The notes below the pieces were generated by a model that worked only from the letters and a program-made list of their open reading frames with translations, was not told the DNA's origin and searched no databases. Shown one piece after another: positions 39,722 through 52,417 of a stretch of 64,000 nt of DNA. The stretch comes from Octopus vulgaris. Lineage: Eukaryota. Position 1 is the first letter of the stretch, and every line of letters begins with the position of its first letter. The stretch covers positions 153,636,001-153,700,000 of the forward strand of contig OX597816.1 in the NCBI GenBank assembly GCA_951406725.2, read 5' to 3'. Both the position numbers and the translations under genes were made by a program.

Positions 39722-42700
39722 ATGATTAAGTTGGGCTGTATAAATGTGCGTGGAATGGGGTCGAAATGGAAACAGGCTTGCTTGCTGGACGACCTCAGGA
39801 CACACAGAATAGATGTAGCCATTGTCACCGAGTCCAAGATGAGAGGAACCCAAGCGTTCTCGCATCTTCTCAATGGTTACGAGAAATTTATTTCTCCTAG
39901 CCGAGGAGGAAGTGCAGGCGTGGCAGTCCTTATCAGGAAGAACTTGGACTTACAGGTAAGTACTGTCTTTATGGACCCAGAAGGTAGGCTGGTTGTCCTC
40001 GATGTAACTCACGTAAGTAAGCAGTCCTTCAGGTTGGTAGCTGTTTATGCTCCTAATGAGGGTAGGCAGACTGGTTTTTATCGGAACTTGAAGCACTTTC
40101 TAGTGACGTCTAAAACGGTAGTATTGGTAGGGGATTTCAACACTATCATCGATGCGCGGATAGATAGTGTGGGCTCGTCTGATAGAAGGGGGAATCCTTG
40201 CCTTAAGGGTCTACTGACGAGCTTTAATCTAGTAGATCGGTTTCGAATGGATGAGCCGAGCATTCCACAGTGGACGTGGAGTAACAATGACGGCTCACGC
40301 AGATCGTATATAGATAGGGTATTTGTTAAAGAACGAGATAGGAATAGCATTAGCTGTCCACAATTTTGTATTGTGCCTTACACGGATCACAAATTAGTGA
40401 CGTGTGAGGTACATGTAGATAAATGCCATAGACAGGGACCCGGATACTGGAAAATGAACAAGTCTATTTTGGCTTGTGAAGCTTTCCGTAACCGGATTAT
40501 GGAATTAGTCCAGAGGGCATTATGTGGAACCATCATTAATAATAGATGGTCGATCGCCCTCAAAAGAGCCATCCGTTTGGAGTCCATTAGATTTAGCAAC
40601 CAGCTAAGTTTAGATAGGACTAGAATAGAGGGCGATTTAGTTAAGAACTTAGACGAGGCAATGGGATCTGGCTGTGCATCTAGAGTGTTAGCAGAGAGAA
40701 CGATCTTGTACCGTCACCTCAATGCCAAGCATGAAGGATGTAGAGTCAGAGCTAAGCTACGTGCAGTGAAACGAGAAGGTATTAATGTTGCCGGATGGGC
40801 ACGTCGTGTGGAGAGTCAGAAGGGCAAAAAGTCCTCTATTAAGTCTTTAACTGACGAACAGGGACGCAAAATCTATGGACAGGAGGAGATACAGAAGGTC
40901 TTTCAACAGCATTTCGCTCGGTTGTTTGGGGAGGGCGATCCACTCGAGCGAGGGGAGGACTTACAGAACTTCCTAGCTGGTGGGCCTCGGCTCTCGCCAA
41001 GCAGAGCGGAACGCTGTGAAGGACCGATTACTCCCGCGGAGGTAAGAGGGGTTTTGGCTGAATGCGCCCGGGAAAAGTCGCCGGGACTGGATGGTCTGCC
41101 CTATGAGTTTTATTGTTGTATGCCGGACTTGTTCGGGGACATACTGGCAAGCGTCTACGCAAACTGGCAACAGAATGGGAGGATTCCCAGTTCTGTGAGC
41201 CGGGGAGTTGTGACGCTGATCCAGAAAGACCCGAGCAAGGGGGATAATATTAGTAATTATAGGCCCATAACTCTACTTAATGTAGAGTTAAAGATTTTGG
41301 CCAAGGTGTTAGCAGAAAGGTTGAAGGTCGTCATGGAAAAACTTGTCGGAAAGGCACAGACATGTGCAATCCCAGGCAGGTCGATCGAAGATAATCTTCA
41401 CCTTCTACGCTACACTATAGACAGGGTTGGGCAATTAGCCGGCAAAGGAGGGGCATTGGTCCATTTAGACCAAAGTAAAGCATTTGATAGGGTAGATCAT
41501 CAGTACCTGGCGACGGTTCTCGAAGCGGCTGGGCTAGGTCCTGACTTTCGCGGGTGGATATCAGCTATGTACAGCGGTATCAAGTCCACAGTCCAGATAA
41601 ACGGTTACTTAACGGAACCGTTTTCGATTAAGCGTTCAGTTCGTCAAGGATGTCCCTTTGTCCCCTCTCCTGTACGTTTTGGCTCTTGAGCCATTGCTGC
41701 GGAAGTTGGAGACGGTGAGATGCAATCCTAATGAAATCGGATGCGGTAAGTCTGTTTCTGCGTATGCGGATGACGTCACCTTCATCGTGTCCAACGAAGC
41801 ACAACTAACTCGTGTAGAAGGTGCTCTCCGAAGATACGAAGCGGTGGCTGGGGCAAAAGTTAACAAGGACAAGTCCACTGGTTTGCGCCTCGGCACCTGG
41901 AGGAACAAGCCGATATCGTCCAGTGTTGTTGGACACTGGACAGATGGTCCTGTTAAATTGCTTGGAGTTTGGTTTGGTTCAGACTCCCAGACGGAGAAAA
42001 ATTGGAGCGAGGTAGTGACCAAGGTAGAAGCCATAGTTCGGGAGTGGTCCGGAAGGCATCTTTCCTTGAAAGGGAGGGCGGAGGTGGTACAGGTGTTTAT
42101 AGCATCTGTAATCACCTATCGCCTGACTGTCGTGCCTTGCCCCGATTTGTGGCTAAGCAAGTTGGATCGACTCCTTTTCCGCTTTTTGTGGAAGGGAGGA
42201 AAGCCACTTGTAAGGCGCTCCGTGTGTTGCCAGGAACCACTAAAGGGTGGGCTGGGGATGCCTTGGTTAATGATGCGCAGGCATGCGCTGAGACTGAGAC
42301 ATCTCTGGTTTCACCTGGAAGGTGATAAGGTGTGGAGTCCGCTGGCAGATAATTTCTTCCCGCAACCGGACTCTATGGAGAGATTTAAACCCGGTTTCAT
42401 TAAAAGACGGAACCTGACTTTATGGCAGAAAGAGTGCCGACAGGCACTCTGGCTGATCCACAAGATAGGCAAAGCCGGCTGCGGGAATACCACCTCGACA
42501 TTTTATAGAAGGATGGTAGAGGCAAAAAATGACGACGTCCTAAGAGGGGCTCTGGGGTTCGATGAGGATCAACTATCCGACCTGTTTAAGAAGACTTTCA
42601 AGCCGGGGTATTTGGACAATTACCAAAAATCCCTGACTTGGCAGTGCTATAGGAATGCTCTACCTGTTCGCGATAAGTTATATAGGCATGGAATGTCAGT

Positions 42701-43121
42701 GCCACCGACATGTCCAAGATGTGGGTTGGACGATGAAACCGTCCAGCACGCTTTTGTACATTGTCAGGAGCTGTCAGGCTTAATAAGTTACGTAGAACAC
42801 GTGTTGTCGCATCTGGGACGAGTACAGCTATCGGCTGGTTCTATAATAAAGATGATACCGCCAGCTGGACTCTCAAAGGAAGGTGAGGCTTGTTTTCACT
42901 GTACGGTGGCAGTACTGAAAGAGTGTGTGTGGAGAACTAGATTGGAAGGTTTGGTGTCAGGAACCTTTGTCTCTGGATATGGTATGTTAAAATACTTCAG
43001 ATACCATCTAAAGAGCAAGATGGATTTAGAGAAGAGGAACCTGACACAGAAAAAGTATGTGAATCGATGGAAGGATGTGATAAAAAAGGTGGGTGTGAGT
43101 AACCCTGCTTGGTCATCATGA
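39722..43121 (+). CDS. LINE ORF2: AP endonuclease, reverse transcriptase and C-terminal zinc finger (one frameshift at about 41657)
   Basis: APE motifs INVRG, VGDFN, YIDRVF and TDHK. RT motifs SPGLDGL, YRPITLLN, DQSKAFDRVDH, RQGCP/LSPLLY and YADD. GGLG motif and CPRC..ETVQHAFVHC finger. Confidence 0.92.
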
Positions 43122-43373
43122 AGGGAGAAAATAGTCTCTGGGCTCTTAGGCTGTCGGGTAAGAATCCTGACTGTGATATACCTAGCTGGCCAAAATCATT
43201 TTTAATTTTAAAAAAAAAAGGAGAAAAGTAAAGTCTAGTATCATAATCAATAATCAACATATGTAAATATCAAACGAACAACGTAAACTTTTTGTAATTA
43301 TGTTTTGTATTGTAATGTACTATCTCTGTAAGATTTTTATAATCATAATAAAGATTTAGGAAGCGACACCTAC

Positions 43374-43435
43374 TGGCTGGCTACGCTGCATTGAAAAGGG
43401 GCAATACCCCGAAACGCGTCTGTAGCTGCCGGTCA
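43374..43435 (+). ncRNA. Type I hammerhead ribozyme, copy 2 (cleavage after C43420)
   Basis: Identical to copy 1. Confidence 0.88.
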
Positions 43436-43735
43436 AGTAGTGTGGAGCGACTGACCTGCCTTGTTCGAAGGTTATATGGATACAGTTTGTATATCAAATA
43501 GCTAACTTAAGGCGATGGCCTCATGGAGCTAATAAGCGGACAGCTTTTTTCTTATTTTTATAAGAATGCCATATTAGTATGGCGATAACTATTATTTTCC
43601 GGGAACGCTGCCACTGTTCTCTTTTAGAGAGACTTAGTTATTTTAATATTTCTATTATTGAAAACAAGTGGATGTATTCCACCGAAACTAGGTAAATAAA
43701 ACCATCGAACAGAGATTGTCGGAAGCGACACCTAC

Positions 43736-43797
43736 TGGCTGGCTACGCTGCATTGAAAAGGGGCAATACCCCGAAACGCGTCTGTAGCTGCCGGTCA
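43736..43797 (+). ncRNA. Type I hammerhead ribozyme, copy 3 (cleavage after C43782)
   Basis: Identical to copy 1. Confidence 0.88.
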
Positions 43798-44096
43798 AGT
43801 AGTGTGGAGCGACTGACCTCCTTGTTCGAAGGTTATATGGATACAGTTTGTGTATCAAATAGCTAACTTAAGGCGATGGCCTCATGGAGCTAATAAGCGG
43901 ACAGCTTTTTTCTTATTTTTATAAGAATGCCATATTAGTATGGCGATAACTATTATTTTCCGGGAACGCTGCCGCTGTTCTCTTTTAGAGAGACTTAGTT
44001 ATTTTAATATTTCTATTATTGAAAACAAGTGGATGTATTCCACCGAAACTAGGTAAATAAAACCATCGAACAGAGATTGTCGGAAGCGACACCTAC

Positions 44097-44158
44097 TGGC
44101 TGGCTACGCTGCATTGAAAAGGGGCAATACCCCGAAACGCGTCTGTAGCTGCCGGTCA
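44097..44158 (+). ncRNA. Type I hammerhead ribozyme, copy 4 (cleavage after C44143)
   Basis: Identical to copy 1. Confidence 0.88.
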
Positions 44159-45899
44159 AGTAGTGTGGAGCGACTGACCTCCCTTGTTCGAAGGTTATAT
44201 GGATACAGTTTGTGTATCAAATAGCTAACTTAAGGCGATGGCCTCATGGAGCTAATAAGCGGACAGCTTTTTTCTTATTTTTATAAGAATGCCATATTAG
44301 TATGGCGATAACTATTATTTTCCGGGAACGCTGCCGCTGTTCTCTTTTAGAGAGACTTAGTTATTTTAATATTTCTATTATGTATATATTTATATTTATA
44401 CGGAAGTGGATGGCAGAATCAGTACGGCATAAAACAAGATATTTGTTATTTGATTACCTCTTTTAACGTTTTTCGAAATTACAATCCTGTCCAAGTCGAC
44501 ATTACTTTTCATTCTTGGAGTTCAGTAAAACAAGCGCTACCCTAGAAAACGGTACAGCAGCAGTCAGATGATTAAAATCAGAAATAACAGTTTACGTCTA
44601 ACACTTCGTGGTGAAAGATATAATGAGAGCAAGTTGGTCGATGTTTATCAAATTATGACTACATTCCAGTAGGTAAAAGAATGTATATATCTACACCTAA
44701 TTCAGAGAGCATTGACAAGTATAGCAAATCTGAAGATAGTCTTAGGAGATTCTGATCTCTTTAGTCTGATTCCTATTAACATAAGGTTATTATCACTTGC
44801 TTTAACTCAGGGCAATCTTTACAATAAGACTAAGTATAAGATACATATATATGATAAGGTAAACTCTCAGACAGTTTCAATAATCCCCATCGCCAATTCT
44901 CACACATATATTGACGAGCCAACGATGGATTTTCTGAGTAGTCGCTCGGCTCACTAGAAATAGCAGCCAATTCTCTCTCAAAACAAACTTTACAGTTTAA
45001 TTAAAGAAAGAAGGCATTATATAATTTGATCCTATATACTTCTAGAAAACAGGGCGATTGCCACTGGAATGCTCTGAATCATAATTTTGTGAGATCAGGT
45101 AGCAACACTAAATATTGCTTTCTTTTGACAAGGCCTTTAATTAAAAGAATGAAAATGAACGATGTTGTAATATTCATGTACGATATCAATACCTTCAAAG
45201 TTAAAGTAACAAAGAGATCGAACACAGCTAAACGCTGGAAAAATGGTTGAAATGGAGTTCAATAAGCAGATACATATTCCTAAGATGTATGCCATCCAGA
45301 ACATGAATGTGTATGCGCGCGCGTGTGATAGTGAGTGAGTGTAGTGATTATATGAATACTAATTTATGACCTGTTCAGAAGTTAACGGTAATAATTTTTG
45401 TCATTAAGATGTAACCCAGTCTTAGTAGTGCATTATCAGCTGTATAACGTATATATAGGCATCTTGGGAAATAATGGAAAGTGGTAAGGCCTGATATTTA
45501 TAAAAAGAGAAACAGCTTTTAGCAGTTATTGTTGTTCAACTCCGTATTATAGAAAGTGAACAAAACTTCAGCCACCATTTTGTTTTCATATATAATAATC
45601 TGGTGTCGCATTGTCCAATTTATCGTTCTTGTTTTAAAACTGTTGGATCTGATTTGAGGGTGATTTGGTAACAGTTTTTAATAAATCGAGCAACAGCGTA
45701 GATACTCCGAGCAATCTTTTCTTTGAATGATGCAGTGGGTATGAGTGACATTCAGATGAGTTTAACTTAGATATGTAATCAGACAGTTTATCAGTTAAGG
45801 AATCCGTCAGCTGCCTGCCTAAATGATGAATTATCCGCCTGTATGTCCGTCAGTCGGATATTCTGTAAGTACGTCGGATAAACACCGCCTAGATTACAT

Positions 45900-46128
45900 A
45901 CTCTTTTCTCTTTTACTCTTTTACTTGTTTCAGTCATTTGACTGCGGCCATGCTGGAGCACCGCCTTTAGTCGAGCAAATCGACCCCAGGAGTTATTCTT
46001 TGTAAGCCTAGTACTTATTCTATCGGTCTCTTGTGCCGAACCGCTAAGTTACAGGGACGTAAACACACTAGCATCGGTTGTCAAGCGATGTTGGGGAACA
46101 AACACAGACACACAAACACACACATATG

Positions 46129-46169
<41 letters not shown>

Positions 46170-46333
46170 GACGCGCTTCTTTCAGTTTCCGTCAACCAAA
46201 TCCACTCACACGGCTTTGGTCGGCCCGAGGCTTTAGTAGAAGGCACTTGCCCAAGGTGCCACGCAGTGGGAGTGAACTCGAAACCATGTGGTTGGTAAGC
46301 AAGCTATTTACCACACAGCTACTCCTGCGCCTA
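45900..46333 (-). mobile_element. SINE family C
   Basis: Reverse complement begins AGGCGCAGGAGTAGCTGTGTGGTAA and ends with a GTAAAAGA-type tail. Confidence 0.85.
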
Positions 46334-46774
46334 TTGTGTACAAAGTCGTACACAATGATAGCTGAGTCAACTACATTTATCGTACAACACACTAATTCAG
46401 CTGGTACTTAGAGATAAATTAGATCAGTAATGAGAACATATACATCCATAACTACATATAATTTTGCATACGCACGCACACATACACACACGAACACATA
46501 CACGTACGCATGCACATACACACACATACACACGCGCACACACACATACACACACATGCACACACACACACACACACTTGCAGGCACGCACACATGACCA
46601 AGAGAAATTTTGCAAGAAAGAGCCTCCTTCTCACAAAATTTAAGGGGCTGTACGTTTTTTTGGCTTTTTTGTTGCATCTTTATATATTTACTTAATTGAG
46701 AGTAAACCATATTACAGTAGTCCTTCTCTATGCTTCTTTGGCTTTTAATAGACGGCATGAGAGGCATTGATTAT

Positions 46775-47250
46775 TGAGGTCGACTAAAAAAAACTCATTC
46801 TCTACTCTCTCCAACGTTGCCGGGAGCACTACATCATTTGTGTTATGTGGAAAATATTCCATCAATATTGCATAAATGGTGTTGGCATGAATTTTAAAAT
46901 CCATCCAAGACTTGGCCCCTGTGCTATCCGCCGACTACAAAAATCGAACTCGGTACATATAGCAACATTACGTCACAATTACTTTACGTCAACCGGTCCA
47001 GCTCTCTTTAATACCATACCAAAATACGTCAAAACAGAAACGGATCCCATAAAATTCAAATGTTCATTGGACAAATTTCTTCAAACAATCCCTGACCAAC
47101 CTTCTACACCCGGATATATCTCCAACAATAATAAATCTTTGCTAGAGTGAGCCATGGTGCCCCATATATGACTAAAAGACTTCACCAGGTGGTGCTATTA
47201 AATTAGATGTAGCCTGGGCCTATACTGGCCGAAACCTAACAAAGTTATCA
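46775..47250 (+). mobile_element. 3' end of a CR1-group LINE
   Basis: LYSLQRCREHYII..MWKI..GPALFNTIPKYVK..FKCSLDKFLQTIPDQP, a typical ORF2 C-terminus. Confidence 0.75.
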
Positions 47251-48386
47251 AAATTGATTTCTGCCAGAAGTGTTATAGCCCTGGACAATAAAGGAACTTT
47301 TAGCAGCTGCACACAACAAATTCTGCTCCAAGGAGATAATTAGAAACTACTATGTGGTTACAAGATATATATTAACAAACGAAGCATCAAAGTCTTATTA
47401 TTCTAATTAGTTACTTAACAATGCTTATATCTCATAAGGCTCGATGCTTCGTCCATTTCTGTTTCACATTTTCATAAAGACCTATGGAAATGAGATGTGG
47501 CTACCACAACGTTTGTACCACTATGCTCTGATGCTGATAGCGACCGCGCAGTAACCAACTTTGAGAAGATTAAAATATTGATGAATGACAAAACGGCATA
47601 AAGTAATGATTTTATCAGGGATAAAATCATCAAACCTTCAGTTTTGCTTTGCGAATTATACGCTTTGAAAAAGTAGCTTGAAATTCTGTTTGTAACTATA
47701 TACGTTAGCTGGTGGTAGCAAAGCATCTTTCGGTCATATGTTGCTGAGCAGCATAGAGGTGACGTAAATTGCATAGAGCAGCATAGAGTGCGACGCAAAT
47801 TGCAAGCAAGCTGGATACAGAAACAAAAGCAACTATGCATAGATTGCATATCTGAAGCATCATGAAATAACGTCTGTCTATCTCAGATAAATGATTCACA
47901 TATACTTAGCCATCGTAACTCATTCCCCTCACGCCGTACCTCCAAAAAAGAAAACTATTCTCAGGATGAACGCAGCTAATGGAAGACTACCAAAACACTC
48001 AACATCAACAAACTATATCACCAGGGACAATTTACTGCAACAAGTGTACTCAATAAAATACGCACAGGCTACAACCAATATAAATTCAGGTTTTGCTACA
48101 GAATTAAATACATCGTTGAACAGATAAGTACTTTCACACGTGCGTACACTAACTCGACACCTATTGCCAAGACCCAAAGATTAGAAATGAACGTTCTGCA
48201 CTAGATTATCAAACATATGGAGCACTCTTCTTTTCAGAATAAGCAATCGGAACGATCTCACCCGACGAAATGCAAACATTCCAGAGCAAAATATACCAAA
48301 TCCTGTTACTCTCGTTCGAAACAATGAACTAAAGTGATAACTGACCTGTTCGAGCTACTTCCACATGACATGGCAATTAAGGTTAT

Positions 48387-48432
<46 letters not shown>

Positions 48433-48516
48433 CGTGTGCACGAGTGTGCGTGCGCGCGCCTGTGTATACGTACGTGTGCGCGATCATGTATGTCCACACA
48501 TATATGTACATTTATA

Positions 48517-48548
<32 letters not shown>

Positions 48549-49078
48549 ATTATATATGTACTTGTATCTATAGATACATACATACACACACACACGCGCA
48601 GACACACATACACGCACATACACTCACACACAGAGTGAAAGAGATCAACAAGGAAACGCGAATGAATTTAGTTTATTTTTTTTATACTTACGGGTGAATT
48701 AGGCCTGAGCGGTGAACATGCTTACGTTCCTATAAAAACAGTGTATGAATGTAGATATTCAAATACACAGAGCTAACAGCATAAATGGTATCTCCTTTTC
48801 TTATTTAGGTTTGCCTTTGTATAGCTGCACAACAGCAGTTTAGAGATAGGCAAACAACATTTCTATATATACAAACACATACACATTCATTTGCACTTAC
48901 ACGCGCGCGCGCGCATACAGATTCACAGACACAAATATACATATACATATGTGTGTGTAGGTATATATGAGTGTACATGTAACTATGTTTTATATGAATA
49001 ACGTGTCATCACCACCATGTTATACATACATATATACACACATATATACATACATACATACATACATACATACATACA

Positions 49079-49110
<32 letters not shown>

Positions 49111-49177
49111 CATACATACATACATACATACATGCATGCATGCATGCATGCATGCATGCATACGTGCATACATACAT

Positions 49178-49712
49178 CTTGAGAAATTAGGCTTCACAAA
49201 ACCAGAAAGGAAAAAGCTAATCCGAAGACTACAGATCCAATCCATCACTGGAACTGTAAAAATCTGTAAAACTTTCCAGAAGTTTATCATTTAGATATAT
49301 ACGAGCATGTCTAGATATGCAACTATATGCATGAGAATACATACATAAAGCATACAAATCTGTACATACATACATACATACATACATACATACATACATA
49401 CATACATACATACATACATACATACATACACACGCACATACATACATACATACATACATACATACATACATACATACATACATACATGCATGCATGCATG
49501 CATGCATACATACATACATACATACATACATACATACATACATACATACATACATACATACATACATACATACATACATGCATACATATAATAGATACAC
49601 GCAAAAATACCCTGTTGTTGATGTTAAAATCCCAATGAAGGCTCCTTGGATCTAAGTTAGAAACCGGTTCTTTTTCTATTGGCAAGAAATCTTGAAATAA
49701 ACTGAATAATGA
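49178..49712 (+). mobile_element. 3' terminus of the R4/Dong-like LINE with (CATA)n inside its 3' UTR
   Basis: LEKLGFTKPERKKLIRRLQIQSITGTVKICKTFQKFII*, then UTR module 1, (CATA)n, UTR module 2, (CATA)n. Confidence 0.85.
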
Positions 49713-49730
49713 CGTACATACATACATACA

Positions 49731-50022
49731 ACATCCCAATAAAAACATCAATTCGGTGCAAGCATAACAGACTTAATATTGTTCTGTGGGACAAGGAACC
49801 AAAGCCATGCTCTGTTGTAGAGGTCAACTGTCCAGGAAGATGTGAGCGTACAATCAAAAATTCAAGTTAAAGAGAACATTTAAGGCGAATTAATGCGGAA
49901 CTTTCAACTCTTGTATCCTGACTATGAATTCTCATTCGTACCTATCATCATAACTGCATTAGGTCAAGTACCAAACTATTTGCACAAAAACCTAGAAATG
50001 CTTGGTTTTCACTCAAAGAAAA
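49731..50022 (+). pseudogene. Endonuclease-domain fragment of a related, older R4/Dong-like family
   Basis: IPIKTSIRCKHNRLNIVLWDKE..VVEVNCP..ELMRNFQLLYPDYEFSFVPIIITALG. Confidence 0.7.
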
Positions 50023-50047
50023 ATCATACATATAAACTTCACTCTCA

Positions 50048-50320
50048 ACTGGCACCCCGTTACGACGACGGGGGTTCAACAGAACAGCCTGCTCGTGAAA
50101 TTAACGTGCAAGTAGTTAAGCGCTCCACAAACACACGTAACCTTAATGTAGTTCTCGGGGAGATCCAGCGTTACAAAATATGATAAGGTTGGCCCTTTGC
50201 ATTACAGGTACAACTTATTTTTGCTGAGTGGATCGAAGTAACGTGCTCATGGACACAACATGCCATCAGGATCTTACGATCGTAAACCGAACACCATAAC
50301 CACTAAGCCACGCACCTTCA
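50048..50320 (-). mobile_element. Decayed tRNA-derived SINE
   Basis: Reverse complement head GTGAAGGTGCGTGGCTTAGTGGTTA is similar to the head at 8362. Confidence 0.7.
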
Positions 50321-51222
50321 CAAGCTTCGCTCAAGTGGTACACAGAGTATAAGCGCAGTGATTCATCATCTAAGGAAAAAATACATACAATATATATTGA
50401 GTAACTTTTCTCCAGTTTGTACATCCAAATATACATATACACACATACGCAAGCATCAACAAAAGCACATATGTGTTTATGCGTGTGTATTTGTGTGTGT
50501 GTTTTGGGGGGGGTGCATAAACACAGACACACACACACACATACACACACACATACCTACGTACGTACATACATATATACATACATACATACATACATAC
50601 ATACATACATACAGACATGCACTGAACAAAAATTACGTGGGGTAGTGATAAGTATTTCATATAAAACAGGTAATTCGAAACAACATGATGTTTGGAATTG
50701 GAGATAAATGACAATGATGATGACGATGTTAATGGTAGTAGTGATGATGATGATGATGATGATGAGGAGGAGGAGGAGGAGGAGGAGGAGGAGGAAGAGT
50801 GGAGGTGAGAGAGGTACATTTTGTGGAGGTGGTGGTACCGCTTGTATTGTTTGTGATGGAAGTGAACGAATGTAGGAGTGTTGGTGGTGATGGTGCTGTT
50901 GATATTAACAAGAGGCCAGAGAAATTCGTTGCTAAAGTTGAACTGATGTTATCCCAGCTGTAAGATATCTTTGTGTTAAGAGGAATGTATGTGTGGGTAG
51001 GTGGGAGCGCGCACGCATATGTGTGCGAGCATGTATACATACAAAAATACCTACATTTATACTTACATGCATATGTATGTATGAATGTATGTACGTACAT
51101 ATATGTATGCGTTTGTGTGAGTGAGGTGTCTGTGCATAGGTAAAGTATGCCCGAACGTGTATGTGTGCATAAATGGGCGAGACAAAACATTTTCTCACTT
51201 CTACGGAACAAATGTATATACA

Positions 51223-51309
<87 letters not shown>

Positions 51310-51321
51310 ATATATGTATAT

Positions 51322-51402
<81 letters not shown>

Positions 51403-51559
51403 ATGTGTACATATATGTATACACATATAACACGTATAAATAAACATTATACAAATATATGATTGTATATATATGTGTATATGTATGCGCGATCACTCAT
51501 ACACCCATACACAGAATAAGGACAGACAGACAGACAGGCAAACAGACTGACAGACACAC

Positions 51560-51634
<75 letters not shown>

Positions 51635-51736
51635 ATTTCTATTTAGTCATTTTATCTGTTAACGTAAGAGATATGTGATTTAGAATAAAGAGAGTCTTCA
51701 CCATGTCAATATTTATACTTTTGATGTGGAATTTTG

Positions 51737-52053
51737 TCAGAAGATCCTTGGAATAAACAATTTTCTGCTATGAAAATCTTGAATAATATATATTACCTTA
51801 ACTTCTTTTGTCCTAATTTCATATTCAACCAAAAAGGAGACGTTACATTCATTTGCTCCATTGTATGTAGAAGAATGTACTGCATTACACTTTAATATTG
51901 ATTCATGCGATGGCAACTCCGATACACTTACCGTATTTAGATATTCTGTTTTCGAAGCGACGTCTTGATTTGAACATTTACGATAACTGAACAATACCTT
52001 TTGATCTCCTGTATTCTTCAGAATCACTTCATTGATTAAATCAATATCAGTAT
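51737..52053 (-). other. Candidate coding exon of unknown function (about 105 codons)
   Basis: Non-repetitive open frame preceded by a possible 81-bp GTAAGT..AG intron (52054-52134). Weak resemblance to the start of the M4 protease C-terminal extension. Confidence 0.3.
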
Positions 52054-52321
52054 CTTAGAAAATTAAAATTCACATTTTAGAAAATGCTCAAGGTTTGATA
52101 ACTTTATTATGGACTGTAGACTCCGACGACTTACCAACGATGTCTCATTTTTCTGGGATCTTATTTTCTTTCTTTGTTTCTTCATGTTCAGTGGCACCCC
52201 ATACACAAAATGAAACTGTTGATTTCAATGTGCTGCTTTTATCCCGCTGAATTTTCTGGATATAATTTAAACCACGTGTTTTCACATGAATTATTAAAAT
52301 TATTGCTAATATTTGTCTTTT

Positions 52322-52375
<54 letters not shown>

Positions 52376-52417
52376 CAGAACCAGCTCTACTATAATAAAT
52401 ATTATTAAATACATATA

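Larger units (their letters stand above)
38000..43358 (+). mobile_element. Full-length Tx1/L1-clade non-LTR retrotransposon (5359 bp)
   Basis: 5' UTR, ORF1, 24-nt spacer, ORF2, 3' UTR with AATAAA at 43347-43352, and a perfect 17-bp TSD. Confidence 0.93.
43359..44381 (+). repeat. 362-bp hammerhead tandem repeat, right part (about 2.8 units, starting with the right TSD)
   Basis: GGAAGCGAC at 43359, 43721 and 44082. Only a few substitutions and one 1-bp deletion between units. Confidence 0.95.

Noticed and set aside
37429-44381. CRISPR array or LTR pair around the RT gene
   Set aside because: Units are 362-bp tandem copies without unique spacers. There are no TG..CA ends, PBS, protease or integrase, and the RT element is an APE-type LINE with its own TSD inside one unit
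49630-49690. Hammerhead-like ATGAAGG..GAAACCGGTTC in the R4/Dong 3' UTR module (also reverse-complemented at about 520-570 and 915-970)
   Set aside because: The core deviates at several invariant positions and no proper helix I can be drawn
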